Below the pieces are notes generated by a model, which saw nothing but the letters and a program-made list of their open reading frames with translations, made no database searches and was not told where the DNA came from. 64,000 nucleotides of DNA, taken from positions 22,632,001 through 22,696,000 of the forward strand of contig NC_086118.1 of assembly GCF_963921235.1 (NCBI RefSeq), written 5' to 3'. The position numbers were made by a program, and so were the translations under genes. Shown here piece after piece: positions 63,321-64,000 of this stretch. This stretch comes from Mobula hypostoma. Lineage: Eukaryota. Position 1 is the first letter of the stretch; every line of letters begins with the position of its first letter.

Positions 63321-64000
63321 ATTATGACAGTTCTGTTCTTGAGTAAGAACTAAGGGTGGTTTTTAAACGTTACTTTTCGAACATGGTATCAGAATATGCC
63401 ATTTTCAGAAGTTAACTGACCACAGTTTCAAAACATTTCGTGTCTCAATTGTTAAGACATCCAAAGAAAAAGGCACCCTAGCCATACATACACATCCAAG
63501 ACTTTTGCACAGTACTGTATAACTCAAGAGAAATGTTGATAAAAGCATATGAGAAAAAATAAAATCACCTCCCCATGCTCCCAGCAAAGAATTCAGATTA
63601 GCCTCACAAGACAGAAATTAAGCAGTGATATCTTTAACCTGTCCTTAGCTCTATTTTGGAATCCAGAAGGCTAGCAATGAGAGAGGAGTGTGGGGGGAGA
63701 AAAAAACAGTATGAACTTATCTTATATTAACCTGTAAAAGCTGACTACTGGAAGAATCAAGACCGTGCCCTTTTCCCTCTGTCATAAGTATCATTTGAGA
63801 TTAGCGGCCTTCCCCTGGGTCTCAGGAATTGCAAACTAATACTTTTTTGGATGTCTTAAGAGTTGAGATCTGAAATGTCTTGAAACTTGGGTCAGTTACT
63901 TTTGAAAATGGCATATTCTGATACAATGTTCAAAAAGCCACATTTAACAGATTTCTCTGCAAATTGGCAATGCCTCACATGGATCATATTGAAAAGTAGG

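Noticed and set aside
1..64000. CRISPR arrays, operons or other prokaryotic systems
   Set aside because: No regularly spaced repeats or gene-dense structure; the sequence is vertebrate-type repeat-rich DNA.

Overview
AT-rich eukaryotic, repeat-dense intergenic or intronic DNA. The repeat landscape (CR1 LINEs with SGNH-esterase ORF1, V-SINEs, Penelope-like elements, Rex1/Babar tails) suggests a vertebrate, most likely a cartilaginous fish; this is inference. I found no convincing host protein-coding exon, and the long ORFs are transposon remnants or artefacts. The window holds three large decayed CR1 LINEs (about 4.2-8.3 kb +, 11.6-15.4 kb +, 42.3-45.1 kb -) and many LINE 3' fragments and SINEs. 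It also has at least eight Penelope-like insertions with minimal hammerhead-ribozyme motifs, five of them with target-site duplications (TSDs) of 9-14 bp. DNA transposons include two Tc1 MITEs, a mariner fold-back MITE and a hAT-like element with a 6-bp TSD. The most unusual structure is a 405-bp TG...CA fold-back at 21899-22303: an apparently complete LTR joined to an inverted copy of its own U3-R, with a 5-bp TSD, hinting at tRNA-independent self-priming of an LTR retroelement. Boundaries of decayed repeats are approximate.
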